Notes: generated from the sequence alone by a model not told the origin. DNA of 64,000 nt from Eledone cirrhosa (GCA_964016885.1 OZ024750.1:13268001-13332000), one strand, 5' to 3'; shown: positions 1 to 12,300, counted from the first letter of the stretch. Made by a program: numbers and translations.

Positions 1-159
1 TAAAAAAGGGCAGATCTGGCTGTATGGGAAAGTAGAGGAAAGGACTACAAATACCATAAATAAGAGGAAAAGGAGGGAGAATGCATGGACTCTTGGGTCA
101 CAGATGAAAGGGAGAGAGGAGTTGAGAGTGATGGGCTCTGGACCTAGTGTGGGGCAGTG

Positions 160-574
160 TTTGGGCTGGCAAATATCTAAAAATTGAAGATTATGTTTCC
201 CAAAAAAAATTGAAAAAAATATTTAATTTTCAACCCTATTATATATTGGTATTAAGCAATTATTCAAGAACAAAAATGTCAATGTAGTTGAAATGTATAC
301 TTATAAGAAGTTTAAATAAATTTATTAACTATTAATGTCCTGTACCCCATGAAACTACATTAGGAATATTTGGTCTGACAAATATCTAAAAATTGAAGAT
401 TAGGTTTCCCAAAGAAAATTGAAAAAAATATTTAATTTTCAAACTTATATCTTGGTATTAAGCAATTATTAAACAACAAAAATGTCAATGTAGTTGAAAT
501 GTATACTTATAAAAAGTTTAAATAAATTTATAAATTTTTAATGTCCTGTACCACATGAAACCACATTAGGAATA
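160..574. repeat. Tandem duplication, about 209-bp unit x2
   Basis: caaatatctaaaaattgaagatta... starts at 170 and 379. Confidence 0.9.
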
Positions 575-769
575 CCTTCTCGATAAATACCAAACAGTTC
601 TATAATGGCATCACATTAAAACTTAGTCTTTTCTACCAATATTTACAGTGATATATCCATTAGAAATGCCACTGTAAACATTTCAATTAAAAAAACCATT
701 TTAAGATATTTTCTGCTAAATCATTACAGGATGTTTATAATTAAGCATCTTATTTTTTATTTTACTTTT

Positions 770-1155
770 CCTGTGTGTGAGGGAGGGAGGGAGGGATGGT
801 GTGAGGGATGGAGAGAAGGATGGTGTGAGAGCGAGAGGGTGTGGGGGATGGTGTGAGAGCGAGAGGGTGTGGGGGATGGTGTGAGAGCGAGAGGGTGTGG
901 GGGATGGTGTGAGAGGGAGAGAGTATGTGTGGGTAAGAGTGAGAGAGAGGGAGATAGTATGTGTGTAGGAGAGAGTGATAGAGGATATGTGTGAGTGGGA
1001 GAATGTGAGTGTGTGAATATGTGTGTGAGTGGGAGAATGTGAGTGTGTGAATCTGTGCGTGAGTGCATGTGTGGGGAGAGGGGAGAGAGTATGTGTGCAG
1101 GTATGCACACATACTCTCAAAGAAAGAAAGAGAAAGAGAGAGAGAAAGAGAGAGA
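770..1155. repeat. GA/GT-rich low-complexity tract with a 28-bp minisatellite
   Basis: ggatggtgtgagagcgagagggtgtggg repeated at about 818-915. Confidence 0.85.
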
Positions 1156-1329
1156 GTTCTTCAGTACTAGTTCAGATAACAGCAGTGGGTTGGTCTAGTT
1201 GGTTACATCAGTACCTGCTTACAGTGTAGGTGTCCTATCTACTCATTCCAGCACTGCTGGGAATTTGAGCTACCTTAACATACAGATCTTATGAGAATTA
1301 ATTCCATTTGCTCATATATATATATATAT

Positions 1330-1518
1330 GGAGGATTGGCAGTATTGGTAGAGGGTCGGACGCTATGCTTTGACGTATAGAGTTACGGCCCTTGCCATTC
1401 TGAGTTCAAATCCCGCCGAGGTTAACTTTGCCTTTCATCCTTACGGGGGTCGATAAAATAAAGTACCAGTAATACACTGGGGTAATTGCTGGCCTTGTGC
1501 CAAACGTAGAAACAATTA
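1330..1518 (+). mobile_element. tRNA-derived SINE, young family
   Basis: A-box-like TGGCAGTATCGG, B-box GTTCAAATCC, conserved core ttaactttgcctttcatccttacggggtcgataaaataaagtaccag. Confidence 0.85.
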
Positions 1519-1549
1519 TATTATATACATATATATTTACTATATTATA

Positions 1550-1583
<34 letters not shown>

Positions 1584-2004
1584 CTATACCCACTCTGCAT
1601 CTCCCCATGTATTGAGTACTCCCATGATTAGTGGTCTTCTCAGTATCAGCACCACAGACTCCCCCCCCCCCCCACCTCTCCCTCTCTATATATATATAAA
1701 GGATGAAAGCAGCGATTCTTTGCTTAAACTTTGTTATTTTAATAAATATTTGCTCTACGGTTCTTATATATTTGATATATATTTATCCTTATTGAGCCCT
1801 CTTTGGATTTTAGTCTTCACATTTATTATTATTACTATATATATATATTATATATATATATTATTACTATATATATATATATTATATATATATATTATTA
1901 CTATATATATATAGATATAGATAAATATATATATTTCGGAATACAAAAAACAACAACGCAGAAGTACAAGTTACAAATAGTATGTGATGGTGAGAGGTGT
2001 GGGT

Positions 2005-2045
2005 GTGACGTTTCGGTCATAAGTCCTTCATCAGGAGAGTGGGGC
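2005..2045 (-). ncRNA. Minimal hammerhead-like motif (Penelope type, degenerate)
   Basis: Minus strand CTGATGA-aGGACttatGACC-GAAA-CG-TC with the short palindromic stem III typical of PLE hammerheads; no stem I partner found. Confidence 0.4.
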
Positions 2046-2629
2046 GGGGGGGTTAGAAAAAAGGAGATGAAGATAAAACATAAAGTCGATATATATATAT
2101 ATATACATATATATATATCAGGGTGGGGGTAAGAGTAATATTTTTGTTTTGTTTTGTTTTTTGGGGGGTGGGGTGGGGGTTTATATTTTTAACACTAGCT
2201 GCTATTCTAATCTAACACAAGATAGGTTAAAATTGAACAGATGATAAACCATTTTCACTCTAAATTAAAAAGTTTTTCAACCAAATTTTATTTCAGGATC
2301 TCTGATTAAATGAATAAAACAAGTTTATGTTTATGACTAATAAAATGTAGAGCCAGAACTAAGAGGAATCCATAGTTTTACTTTGACCATCATCATCATC
2401 ATCATCATCATTTTACGTCCGTTTTTCCCTGCTTGCAAGGGTGGGACGGGTCCTATTCAGCACAGCATCTCTCCACTTATCACGGTCCTTCGGTATCTCC
2501 TCCGTGAGCTTCAGCAATCTGAAGTCTGCTCTCACCACCTCTGCCCATGTTTGACCCTTCATTAATATTACGTCATTTAGTTCTATAATGCTTATCTATT
2601 TTCATGATTTTTAAATTGTTGTTGCTGTT

Positions 2630-3000
2630 CTTCACCCACTTATTCCCCTATGGGGTCGTGTGGAGCAGAGTCCTCAAACACTCCATCCAGTGGGTCCTGT
2701 CAGAAACAACTGCCTCCAACTGATCCAGCTGGATCCCCAAGTGAGACCAGCCAAGCTCATGGATGTTATCCAACCATCTTGCTCAGGGTCTACTCCTGGG
2801 TCTCCTGCCAGTTGATTTTGTCCTTAAAATCTGTCCAGCGATTCTTTTCTGAGACATTCTAACCACATGTCCATAGTATCGGAGCTGTGATCTCTCAATT
2901 TGGAGAAATAGTGGATCTACCTGGAGTGGCACTCTGATCTTGAGCAACACACTCCGAGACCAGCTGAGCTCATGGATGTTAGACCCTGAGCAAGATGGTT
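2630..3000 (-). mobile_element. RTE-clade LINE 3' fragment
   Basis: IERSQLRYYGHVVRMSQKRIAGQIL...GRRPRSRP, a typical RTE C-terminus, followed by a (CAA)n-like tail. Confidence 0.8.
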
Positions 3001-4050
3001 GGATATCTCTAGGTCTCTTGAATTGTTGATAAAATAAATTCAAGCATAACTCATTGCGATAAAATATACTGAATATAAGAGGAAATTATTTAAGAAATGA
3101 ACTTGCAAAAGTATTTCACAGATTGCATATTTGAAATTAGATGTATGTGTGTGTATGTATATAAATATATATATATATATACATATATAAACACACACAT
3201 ACAAACATACATATACACACACATACAAACATACACACACACAAACATACACACACAAACATACATTCACACACACACATATGTGTGTGTGTATATATAT
3301 ATATACACAACTTTGGAGAGGGGTGGGCATATACAATCCAATTTATACCACAGACTTCTATCATTAATTTAATTAACAATTCATGTTTTTAAAAATTTGA
3401 ATTAAAATTGATATTTACTTTCATTGATACTAATTTAATATATATTTCAAACTTCTAAAAAAAATATCTTAATAAAACCCATAAATAACTCTTAGAGAAA
3501 ATCAGAGATTTAGTGTTTCATAATACTTTTCCAAAATTAGCAATTAGAAAAACAAAAACAAAGCCAAACAATAGAACTTCCATCAAAGTTAACATCGAAT
3601 TTTCTTAGGAATTCTATGAAGAAATAACTTATAGTAGTTAATGTTAAGAGAATCAACCAGTATCAGTTTCCTTACTACACTCAACTAGAACTACCTTTTG
3701 CACACTTGGCATCAGTCCAGTAAATCATGAGCAGATACTACTGCCAAATATAGGTATGAAATCAGAGAAGAATTCTTCATAGGTAATAACAACAAATTCT
3801 TCACTAATCAATTTTATTTTTTAAAGAATTTTTTTTTTCACAAATTATTAAATATTGAATAATAAATATTTTTTTTTTAAATTATGTAAAATAAAATTAT
3901 TTATTTTTGTTGATATTGAAAGCATCATTATATTCCTATGTGTGTGTGAGAGTGGGGGTCTGTGTGTGTGTGTGTGTTTGTTTGTGTGTATGTGTGTTTG
4001 TGTATGTGTGTGTGTGTACGCGTATGTATGTGTTTGAATATTCAACTCAC

Positions 4051-4179
4051 CCTGAGAATAGCAAGGACAACCCTGGATAGTCCTGCCTGAACGGCAACTG
4101 TGCTGATTGTTGTAGTGGAGGGAGGTATTTCCGATACATCGGTAATTTCTGAAGTTATATCTGAAATACTGTCTGACAT
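4051..4179 (-). CDS. CCDC141: First coding exon of a CCDC141/zormin-like unit: [43 protein letters not shown]; continues beyond the left edge of the window
   Basis: cacaATG start, 129 nt, strong donor AGG|GTGAGT in phase 0. [16 protein letters not shown]. matches the recalled human CCDC141 N-terminus STTTVSSVAVQAGDSKIVIAVIK. It is in a different frame from track ORF 3848-4216. Confidence 0.82.
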
Positions 4180-4249
4180 TGTGAACTTTTCGTTTGTTTG
4201 TGGTCTGGGACCACAAACTTTATACTAGAATCTTACTGGGCAGAGGACC

Positions 4250-4350
4250 CGTTTATAATAGGCATGCATGCAGCAACAGCTGATGGCATTAAAACGGCTC
4301 TAAACAATTCACACTAACTGAAACAACTTCCAGCTGAAATTGCTTTTATA
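4250..4350 (-). promoter_or_regulatory. Candidate promoter of the CCDC141-like exon (TATA box plus two CAGCTG E-boxes)
   Basis: Minus-strand TATAAA at 4257-4252, about 75 nt upstream of the ATG; CAGCTG at 4277-4282 and 4331-4336. Confidence 0.45.
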
Positions 4351-4993
4351 GGAAATCAGAAACCGAAAAGAACTGAACATTACAGAGGGGTGTCAGGTTA
4401 GTAAAGGGTTATATAAAAACTAACTAAACTTTTAAATTGCGGAATATTATATAAATATAGAATAATAATGTTGGTAAATAATATAAATCTATTTACTTAT
4501 ATTATAAAATATATCATTGTTTTAGAAATAAAGTTTGATCGTATGAACGTATCATCCCTCAGTGGAAGTAAAAGAGACCACGCTATCATATAGTAAGCTA
4601 GCAGACCCCACCTATATCCCAAATAAGGTAAAGACGCAAAAAGTAGGAAACATATACCGCAATAAGTAGCTACGAAGATTCTACAAGAGAACAGTAGTCG
4701 CTACAGAAGCAACAAGCAAACAACTTTCATAGTTTAGCAATATCTGGGATAAGGATGGTAACACAGCCTACAGACGAGAAATTGACTCCATTGAAATATC
4801 AAAATAGACATTTGTCATCATAACATTATATAATAAAATAGAAGAATTTGTTTTGTTTCAGTTTGGCGTAGTTTGGTTTTATTTTATTTTGTGTTGTGTT
4901 GTGTTTCATATCGGTTTATTCTGTGAGTAATAAGAAACGTGAATATTGGAATAATTCCTCACATACTTCAACTGAAATAGTTTTAGGATAAAC

Positions 4994-5160
4994 AGAGTTA
5001 CGGTCCTTTACGGTCTGAGTTCAAATCCCGCCGAGGTTAACTTTACCTTTCATCCTTACGGGGTCGATAAAATAAAGTACGAGTAACGTACTGGATCGAT
5101 TTAATCGACTTTCCCCTCCCCCCAAATTACTGGCATTGTGCCTATACTAGAAATCATTAT
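4994..5160 (+). mobile_element. SINE, same family, 5'-truncated
   Basis: B-box and core as at 1330-1518. Confidence 0.8.
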
Positions 5161-5370
5161 AATAAACATAATGTGCAATGTATGAGTAGGATCGGTAGAG
5201 CGCCGGACGAACTTATCTTGTGTTATGTGGTTACGTTCAGAGTTCGAACCCCACCGGAATCCACTTTGCTTTCCTTCCTTACCAAAATCGATTCTATTTA
5301 GATTTTTTTTTATTCACATTTGAATAAATAACTTTACAATTTTTTTTTTTTTTTTACAGTTTATTTTTAA

Positions 5371-5556
5371 ATAATTGTTTCTACTTTTGGCACAAGGCCA
5401 GCAATTATCCAGTACATTACTGGTACTTTATTTTATCGACCCGGTAAGGATGAAAGGCAAAGTTAACCTCGGCAGGATTTGAACTCAGACCGCAAAGAGA
5501 CGTAACTCTATGTGAAAAACATGGCGTCCGACCCTCTACCGATACTGCCAATCCAC
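5371..5556 (-). mobile_element. SINE, same family
   Basis: Reverse complement of the 1330-1518 consensus. Confidence 0.85.
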
Positions 5557-6860
5557 TAACAACTATAATGACGGTAATAAAAAAAAAGGGTAAGGCGGAC
5601 AAAAGGAAAGAAAGAATAGGAGAAATATTGAGAAAAAAAAGAGAAAGAAAGCAGAAAAATAACGGGAAGGGGAGGGGATGGCAAGAGTTCTGGTGTCGCA
5701 GAAGAGAGGGGAGGGTGAAGGAGGCGGGGTGATTGGGCTTTGGGCCTAGGGCAGAAGTGCTGCGCTCCGCCGACAAGACATTACAAATTGTTTCTAATTC
5801 TTACAGAATGAAAATATAAACACATATAAACATATATATAATATATACTATTATTGCTAGGAATACATTTGTGGTCTCGGACCTGTTTAACCTTTCCCCT
5901 TGTTTTGTTTTGTTTTGTTTTTTTATTATTTAATTTTTTTAATATTTTCACCATTGTATAACTTCTGATTCTAAAATGTAGTAAATATTAATTTAAACGA
6001 TTCAACATTTTTCGACAATTTAAAAACAGTTGCTATAATAAACACCAATGTTTTTGTTGATTTTTTTTTTCTTCTTTATTTAGCGACCAATGCCATCAAG
6101 CGACTCCTCGCCACCACCCCCACCAATCAGATTCGATCGATATTTACAGATCAGGTTGAGTTGTTGATTTAGTTCACTGCAGCTGTTTGTTTTCGTAAAC
6201 AACTTAACAAAATTTGCCATCCGAATACGCAATACTCATATATATAGACTATCCATCAAGGTTGTTTTTCTACGGGTATGTCAACATTTATAAAACATAT
6301 TTTGTATTTTATCTGATGAAAGCGCACCAAAATTGCCTTGGTTGCCCTTGAAATATATATAAAATAATTATGGTTTTATAAATATAATTTTCATTTATTA
6401 ATATATTGAATATTTACACCAGTAATCCGTTGAGTGTTTTATATCAGTTATAAAACTTTTAAGCTTGTTGAATCCCAACAAATTAAATATAACTTCTGCA
6501 TATGTGAGAGAGAGAGGAAGAGAGAGAGTTGAAGTTTGCTTGAAGCATTGTGGAATAATAAAAATAGTCGTTTTAGAAGGCGCAACAATGTGGATGTGTA
6601 AATTTCCGGGCAACAGAATCAGGTGGTAATGAGAAAGGTATGTAGGGGAAGCGTAGAAAGAGACGTAGAGAGTTTAATGGAACATAGGAAAAGTGTGAAA
6701 ACTAACAACACGAGATAGAGTTACCTTGGGATTTAATAGTCCCTACATTTCGAATTTTGCGTCCATCAACGGGGGGTTTTCCTAGAGGGAAAAGTTATGT
6801 CGGAGAGGGACATGTGATGGCCTTCGCTGTTTACCGTGTGTGTACAACATATATATATAT

Positions 6861-7640
6861 AAACCTACCCTTTTAAGAAAACCCACTGTACCAATAGGAA
6901 ATGTATCATATGTAAGGTGAACCCCCCGGATAAACTGTAAAACTAGAAACGTAGTCTATAGCATAAGATGTACAGAGGGTACTTGCAGAAACATGACAAC
7001 AACATACATAGGTGAGACAGCTCGTAGCATAGGTGAAAGGATAGACCAACACTGGGGGGAACTAAAAGGACGAAAAAACGGGTCAGTACTATACGAACAT
7101 GCTAGACAACAACATGACGGTAACATAGACAACATAGAAATTAGAATAATATCTAAACATAGGAATGACCCAGCAGATAGGCAAATCAGAGAGGCCAGTG
7201 AAATAGAAATTAGAAGACCAAAGCTAAACAGAAAGAATGAGTGTAACAACAACAACACCCAAACAAACAACACTGACCTAAGAGAAGTATAAATAAGTAA
7301 ATAAAATTAAATAAAATAAGATAAATAAATACATACACAAGCACAATAACAACAAGCACATAAACACACACTAGTCACCCAGCAGACACAACACTATACA
7401 CACTAGTCACACATCACACTATACACACACGCAAACGCATGCGCAAAGAAGACAAAATAAAATAAGATAAACAAGCAAATAAATAAATAAATATATAGAC
7501 AGACTGAACAAAAAAAAAATGGCGTAGACATACAACACAACAGGAGGAACAATGAATATAACACCACTGACGATGTTGCAGATGTGCAACGAAAGATTTA
7601 TGTAAACTATATATATGTGTTTGTGTCTATATTGTATCTG
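6861..7640 (+). mobile_element. Penelope-like retroelement 3' fragment: Cys-rich linker + GIY-YIG endonuclease (one frameshift), 3' tail with hammerhead-like motif
   Basis: Translation HCTNRKCIIC-/-INCKTRNVVYSIRC...YIGETARSIGERIDQH...RQIREASEI..RRPKLN; frameshift in the C-run near 6922-6927; stop at 7292; fragment begins right after a (TA)n run. Confidence 0.85.
7555..7625 (+). ncRNA. Hammerhead-ribozyme-like motif in the Penelope tail (possibly degenerate)
   Basis: CTGACGA-t-GTTGCA-gatg-TGCAAC-GAAA at 7567-7594: core boxes plus a perfect 6-bp stem II; stems I and III are imperfect. Confidence 0.5.
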
Positions 7641-7798
7641 TATTATTTTTGACCGCCGGTCAGTCAATGGCAACATTGAGGACCGAGTAAGTTAGATCGC
7701 AGATATAAAAGACAGCGAGAAGCGAAAACCAACCAAACAGTGAGTGTGTTCTGTTATTAATTCTGGCAATATTACGCAAATATGACCCTCCCCAAATA

Positions 7799-7829
<31 letters not shown>

Positions 7830-7871
7830 TACATACATACGTATACACACATATTTACATATATATATATA

Positions 7872-7950
7872 TTGGGTTGTAACATAAATTCCCGCCGCTG
7901 TTATAATTTGTTTGTTTTCACAAACCGGCGGGAATTTATGTTATAACCTT
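7872..7950. mobile_element. Tiny mariner-like MITE inside (TA)n
   Basis: GGTTGTAACATAAATTCCCGCCG / CGGCGGGAATTTATGTTATAACC inverted arms. Confidence 0.6.
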
Positions 7951-8394
7951 ATATATATATATATACACACACACAATATATATACACATCTATATGTATA
8001 CACGTATATATATATATATACACGTATATTTACGTGTGTGTGTCTTCATCGAATACTCAGTATCAATTGTCAATCTCTCATAATTCAATGTACATTGCAC
8101 AGGAGCGGCCATGTTGTATGAATGCCTTATCGTATTCCTGAGGAGTTAGGCAAATGGCCAAAGGACAAACCAAAACTCAGGTATAAAGACTACATCAAAA
8201 GCGCTTTGATAAAGTCAAAAATAAGAAATACCTTGAGAAGACATTGCCTTAGATCGATCATCTTGTGGGGAAAAGAGCACCACATCACATTTCTAAGGCC
8301 ATGATTTTGCAATCCGAGTGCAGGAAATAATTACAAAATACCTAATGAACACGAAACCGTGAAACGCCAACATGCAATTGGAAATGTCGATCAT

Positions 8395-8815
8395 GTCTCC
8401 AGCCTGTGACATTCAAGACGTTTGGTGGAGTTGTGCCGCTGACAACGAAGTTCTTATCGTTAGAGGCTCGCCTTACTGAGGTGTCAGGTGAAACTCGTAA
8501 GGGTGTCTGGTTGTTTCAGCGTCTTAGCCTCACCATCACCCATGAACGCTACAAGCGTTTGGCTTGCCTCAACATATTCCGTTGACCCTTGTGAGGTGAT
8601 GATGTGCGGCCGATTGTCGTCGCATTTGGTGGTGAATTGATGGTCGTTTCTGTTTCCTTTTTCTTCTCGCTCTAGTCGTATATTTTGGTACGTTATATTT
8701 GTAAGGTTCTTAGCAATAGTTAATTATATCTATTATATGTGTTTATATTTTCATTCTGAAAGAATTGTGAACAATTTGTAATGTTATTGATACAACTGTG
8801 AATAAAGTTTTGTAA
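8395..8815 (+). mobile_element. CRE-like non-LTR retrotransposon 3' end (restriction-like endonuclease) with 3' UTR
   Basis: LQPVTFKTFGGVVPLTTKFLSLEARLTEVSGETRKGVWLFQRLSLTI resembles the REL C-terminus P.A.ET.G..G......L..RL....GD.RE..FLFQRLS.AI. Confidence 0.7.
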
Positions 8816-9326
8816 AAGATGTTCCCGTAATCAACAGGTGACCAAAGATTTTATCAGAGTGCTGCCGTCCAACGATATTGCTGTTAAAACAATACAAACA
8901 TGGATACATATATTACACGCATGCGATATCCACCGTTCCTGCGTGTTAATTGCTATGTCAATCGTATGAATTATGTGCGCGCGCACTTGCTTCGAAAGTA
9001 AATGTGACAGGAAATGAAAATCGACAATAAAATGGAAGTGGATCGTATCCGGTGATTGGCAGCCAGTCACGTGGTATAACATTATGTCAATTAACTAATT
9101 AAGAGAAATAATACCGGGACTTGACCGACCACTTCCTTTTTTGTCCCAGTCGTGGTCAAGATTTCCAGTGTTTCTCGGTTTCCCGACTACGGTTTTCTTC
9201 GGCAAAATTGGAAGGAGTTCATCCCGCTTGAAGAAGGAGCCCCGTGAGGTGGAGTGGTCGATGTAGCGGATGTCATTGGTTGTTCTCTGTGTGACACAGC
9301 TGAGATATACTACCTAAACTCTAGAT

Positions 9327-9665
9327 CAGGGGTTCTCAACCTTTTTTTCACTGTGGACCACCAAAATAAGTAATATTTTCCTGTGGACCACCTAAACTTT
9401 TAAATCTTTTGTAATAGAACTGCTACTTATAAGCATCAGTAGATGTTTTTTTTTCAATGAATTAGAAAATGCTATTATCATGTCGCAGTGCCTAAAAATC
9501 TACGCAAATAAACAGCTGAAGTCGTACTTATGCGAAGAATAAGAACAGCGCTTTAAGTCAAATGCATGGATCAAAAAAGAATTTGCTATTGAAAATTTTC
9601 TGTGGACCACCTGAATTTTCCTGTGGACCACTAGTGGACCACATGGACCAGGTTGAGAACCACTG
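9327..9665. mobile_element. hAT (Charlie-like) MITE
   Basis: TIRs CAGGGGTTCTCAACC / GGTTGAGAACCACTG; perfect 8-bp TSD CTCTAGAT (9319-9326, 9666-9673); subterminal GTGGACCA repeats. Confidence 0.9.
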
Positions 9666-9733
9666 CTCTAGATCATAGTCTGCCCTTATCCTACTTTCTT
9701 CCCGTTTTCTTTTTTTCATTATTTCTTTCTGTA

Positions 9734-9878
9734 AGTTCAAATCCCGCCGAGGTTAACTTTTCCTTTCATCCTTACGGGGTCGACAAAATAAAGTACCAGT
9801 TACGCACTGGGATCGATTTAATCGACTTTTCCCCTCCCCCAAAATTGCTAGCCTTGTGCCTATATAAGAAACCATTAT
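9734..9878 (+). mobile_element. SINE, same family, 3' part
   Basis: B-box and core. Confidence 0.8.
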
Positions 9879-10104
9879 TTCTTTCTGTTTATTATGTCAA
9901 AATTAACGTCTGTCGAACGGTTCTGGATTAATAAATAATAAATATAACCACAGAGAGAGAGATGACCGTAATGTTTAAAAATATAAACATTGATTTTAAA
10001 TAGAGTTTTCTACACTAAAAATAATAAATATTAATTCTAGAGTAAGAAAACGACGATTGTCAAGTGAAAGGAAAAAAAGCCATTCGATTGTATTTTTTAT
10101 AATT

Positions 10105-10286
10105 ATTGGCAGTATCGGTAGAGGGTCGGACGCCATGCTTTGCCGCAAAGAGTTACGGCCTTTTATGGACTGAGTTCAAATCCCGCCGAGGTTAACTTTG
10201 CCTTTCATCCTTGCGGGGTCGATAAAATAAAGTACCAGTAATGCACTGGGTAATTGCTGGTCTTGTGCCAAAAGTAGAAACAATTA
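10105..10286 (+). mobile_element. SINE, same family, with (TTA)n tail
   Basis: Near full-length consensus match. Confidence 0.85.
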
Positions 10287-10305
10287 TTATTATTATTATT
10301 ATTAA

Positions 10306-10513
10306 CCCTTTAGCAATCACATTACTCTATATATACTATTATATTTTCATGGTAAAGGTAAAGGCTTTACCGCACATAATTATCTCACATAATATCGAAT
10401 CTACGAGATTTGGAAGTATTTTTATTTTGAGAACAATACCTTAACATCAGTTTGAGTGAGCCAATTTCAACAGAAAGAGGTAGAGAATTCTGGCCGGTTT
10501 GAACATTAAAGGG
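10306..10513. mobile_element. TTAA-flanked (piggyBac-like) MITE; other copies 31744-31963 and partial about 21720-21815
   Basis: TTAA-CCCTTTA ... TAAAGGG-TTAA; body shared between copies. Confidence 0.7.
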
Positions 10514-10734
10514 TTAAATATTAATAAAGTCGGCCCTTGTGGCCAATAAATGAAATCATTATTATTAAATATTAATAACTCCAACTACCTTTACGGGGTG
10601 TAATGGGTGCAGATGTGGTATGGTTATTCCAGCTATGTATCCTTTATTAATCTGTGCATGTGTGTGAGGTTCCTAGCAATGGTTAATTGTATTTATTATA
10701 TGTGTTTATATTTATGTTTATCAACGACATTATA

Positions 10735-10870
10735 CGCCATGCTTTGACGTTCTGAGTTCAAATCCCGTCGAGGTTAACTTTGCCTTTCATCCTAACGGGG
10801 GTCGATAAAATAAAGTACCAGTAATACACTGGGATAATTGCTGGCCTTGTGCCTATTGTAGAAACAATTA
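10735..10870 (+). mobile_element. SINE, same family, partial
   Basis: B-box and core. Confidence 0.75.
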
Positions 10871-10882
10871 TATTTGTAATGT

Positions 10883-10917
<35 letters not shown>

Positions 10918-11414
10918 AGTTCTCCACTTTGCTTCTCTCTCTAAAATTATTTGCAGTTAAGTCTGCATTAGAAATCAAACTATTTTGGCAGAAGAGGAAA
11001 CTAGAGGTGATAAGACAAGCAAGAATGTGTATGTTGTAAAATATATTACCATTCCTTAAATACCTCATCTGATAAAAGTGAGAAGGAAATAAGTTTAATA
11101 TCCTATCAATGTCTGTAGTAGATTCTCTTCCAAATCTTTGCTAAATTTTCTTCAATTATAGATTATAAATCATTAATAAAATATTATTAATGAATATATT
11201 TTACTCATTTTTACCTAATTATCAAAAATGTCTAATTAAATATTATATATTTTACCTTTTTAAATAATTTTCTACTTCTGTATGAGGACCTTAAGCCATC
11301 TTGAATTTTCTTGCTAGTCTACATACCCACTGACTACACCACTTGTATAGTGTTTAGTTCTTTTTTTCCCATTGCCTACACTTTGCCTTATTATTTCCCT
11401 CTCTAGAATGGTGG

Positions 11415-11750
11415 TTGATAAAATAAAGTACCAGTAATGTACTGGGATCAATTTAATCGACTATTCCCTCCCCAAAATGTGTTGGCCTTGTGCCTATAGT
11501 AGAAATCATTATCATGTCCCTCTCTTATAAGAGTAATGGATCTGGTAGAATCATTAGAATGTTGGTTAAAGTGCTTTATGGTATTTGTTCCAGCTCTTTA
11601 TATTCTGAGTTCAAATCCTACCATTGTCAACTTTGCCTTTCATTGTTCCAGGGTCAATAATATATGAACCCCTGTCAAATACCGAGGAGGATATAATTGA
11701 CTTTCCCCTCCCCACAAATTGCAGGTCTTGTGTCCTTTAGAAACCATTAT
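11415..11750 (+). mobile_element. Two older or partial SINE copies
   Basis: gataaaataaagtaccagt tail at 11417 and a diverged copy at about 11537-11750. Confidence 0.6.
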
Positions 11751-12266
11751 CATTTCTCCTTATATGTTTTTACAGCTTTACTGGCTTCAGTCATTTGACT
11801 GCAGCTATGCTGGGACACCGCCTTCAAGGGATTTAGTCAATCATATTAATCCAAGACTTTTATTTTTCAAGTCTGGTACTTATTTTATCAATCTCTGTTT
11901 GACAAACAACTAAATTACAAGACTTGAACAAATAGTAAACATATAAATACAACATCAATCAAATAGAACTGACAGACTTTATCCAACAACTAAAATATTA
12001 TTACCAGAAATAACAAAGAAAGTTATCCTAAATGTGTGTGTATGTACAAGTATACACAAAGACACCATCATCATCATCTAGCATGGGTTAGACGGGTTTT
12101 CCTGTTGTGGGCAGTGTCTGGTCGGCTGACCATGCCTTGCTCATACAGAAACTGATTTTGGCTTGATTTCTACGGCTGGATGCCCTTCCTAACACCAACC
12201 TCATTTACAGTGAGTGCTGGGTGCTTTTTTCCATGGCGCCTACACGTCCACTTTACACCATACTTA

Positions 12267-12300
<34 letters not shown>

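Noticed and set aside
716-1229. His/Thr/Ser/Pro-rich ORFs
   Set aside because: Low-complexity GA/GT repeat.
3848-4216. 122-aa track ORF MWSQTTNK...
   Set aside because: Wrong frame and non-ATG start; the recognisable peptide is in another frame (4179-4051) and the rest is (CA)n intron.
11064-11140. AG/GT-bounded open segment as a possible next exon of the SESTD1-like gene
   Set aside because: Poor polypyrimidine tract and no spectrin- or CCDC141-like sequence in any frame.
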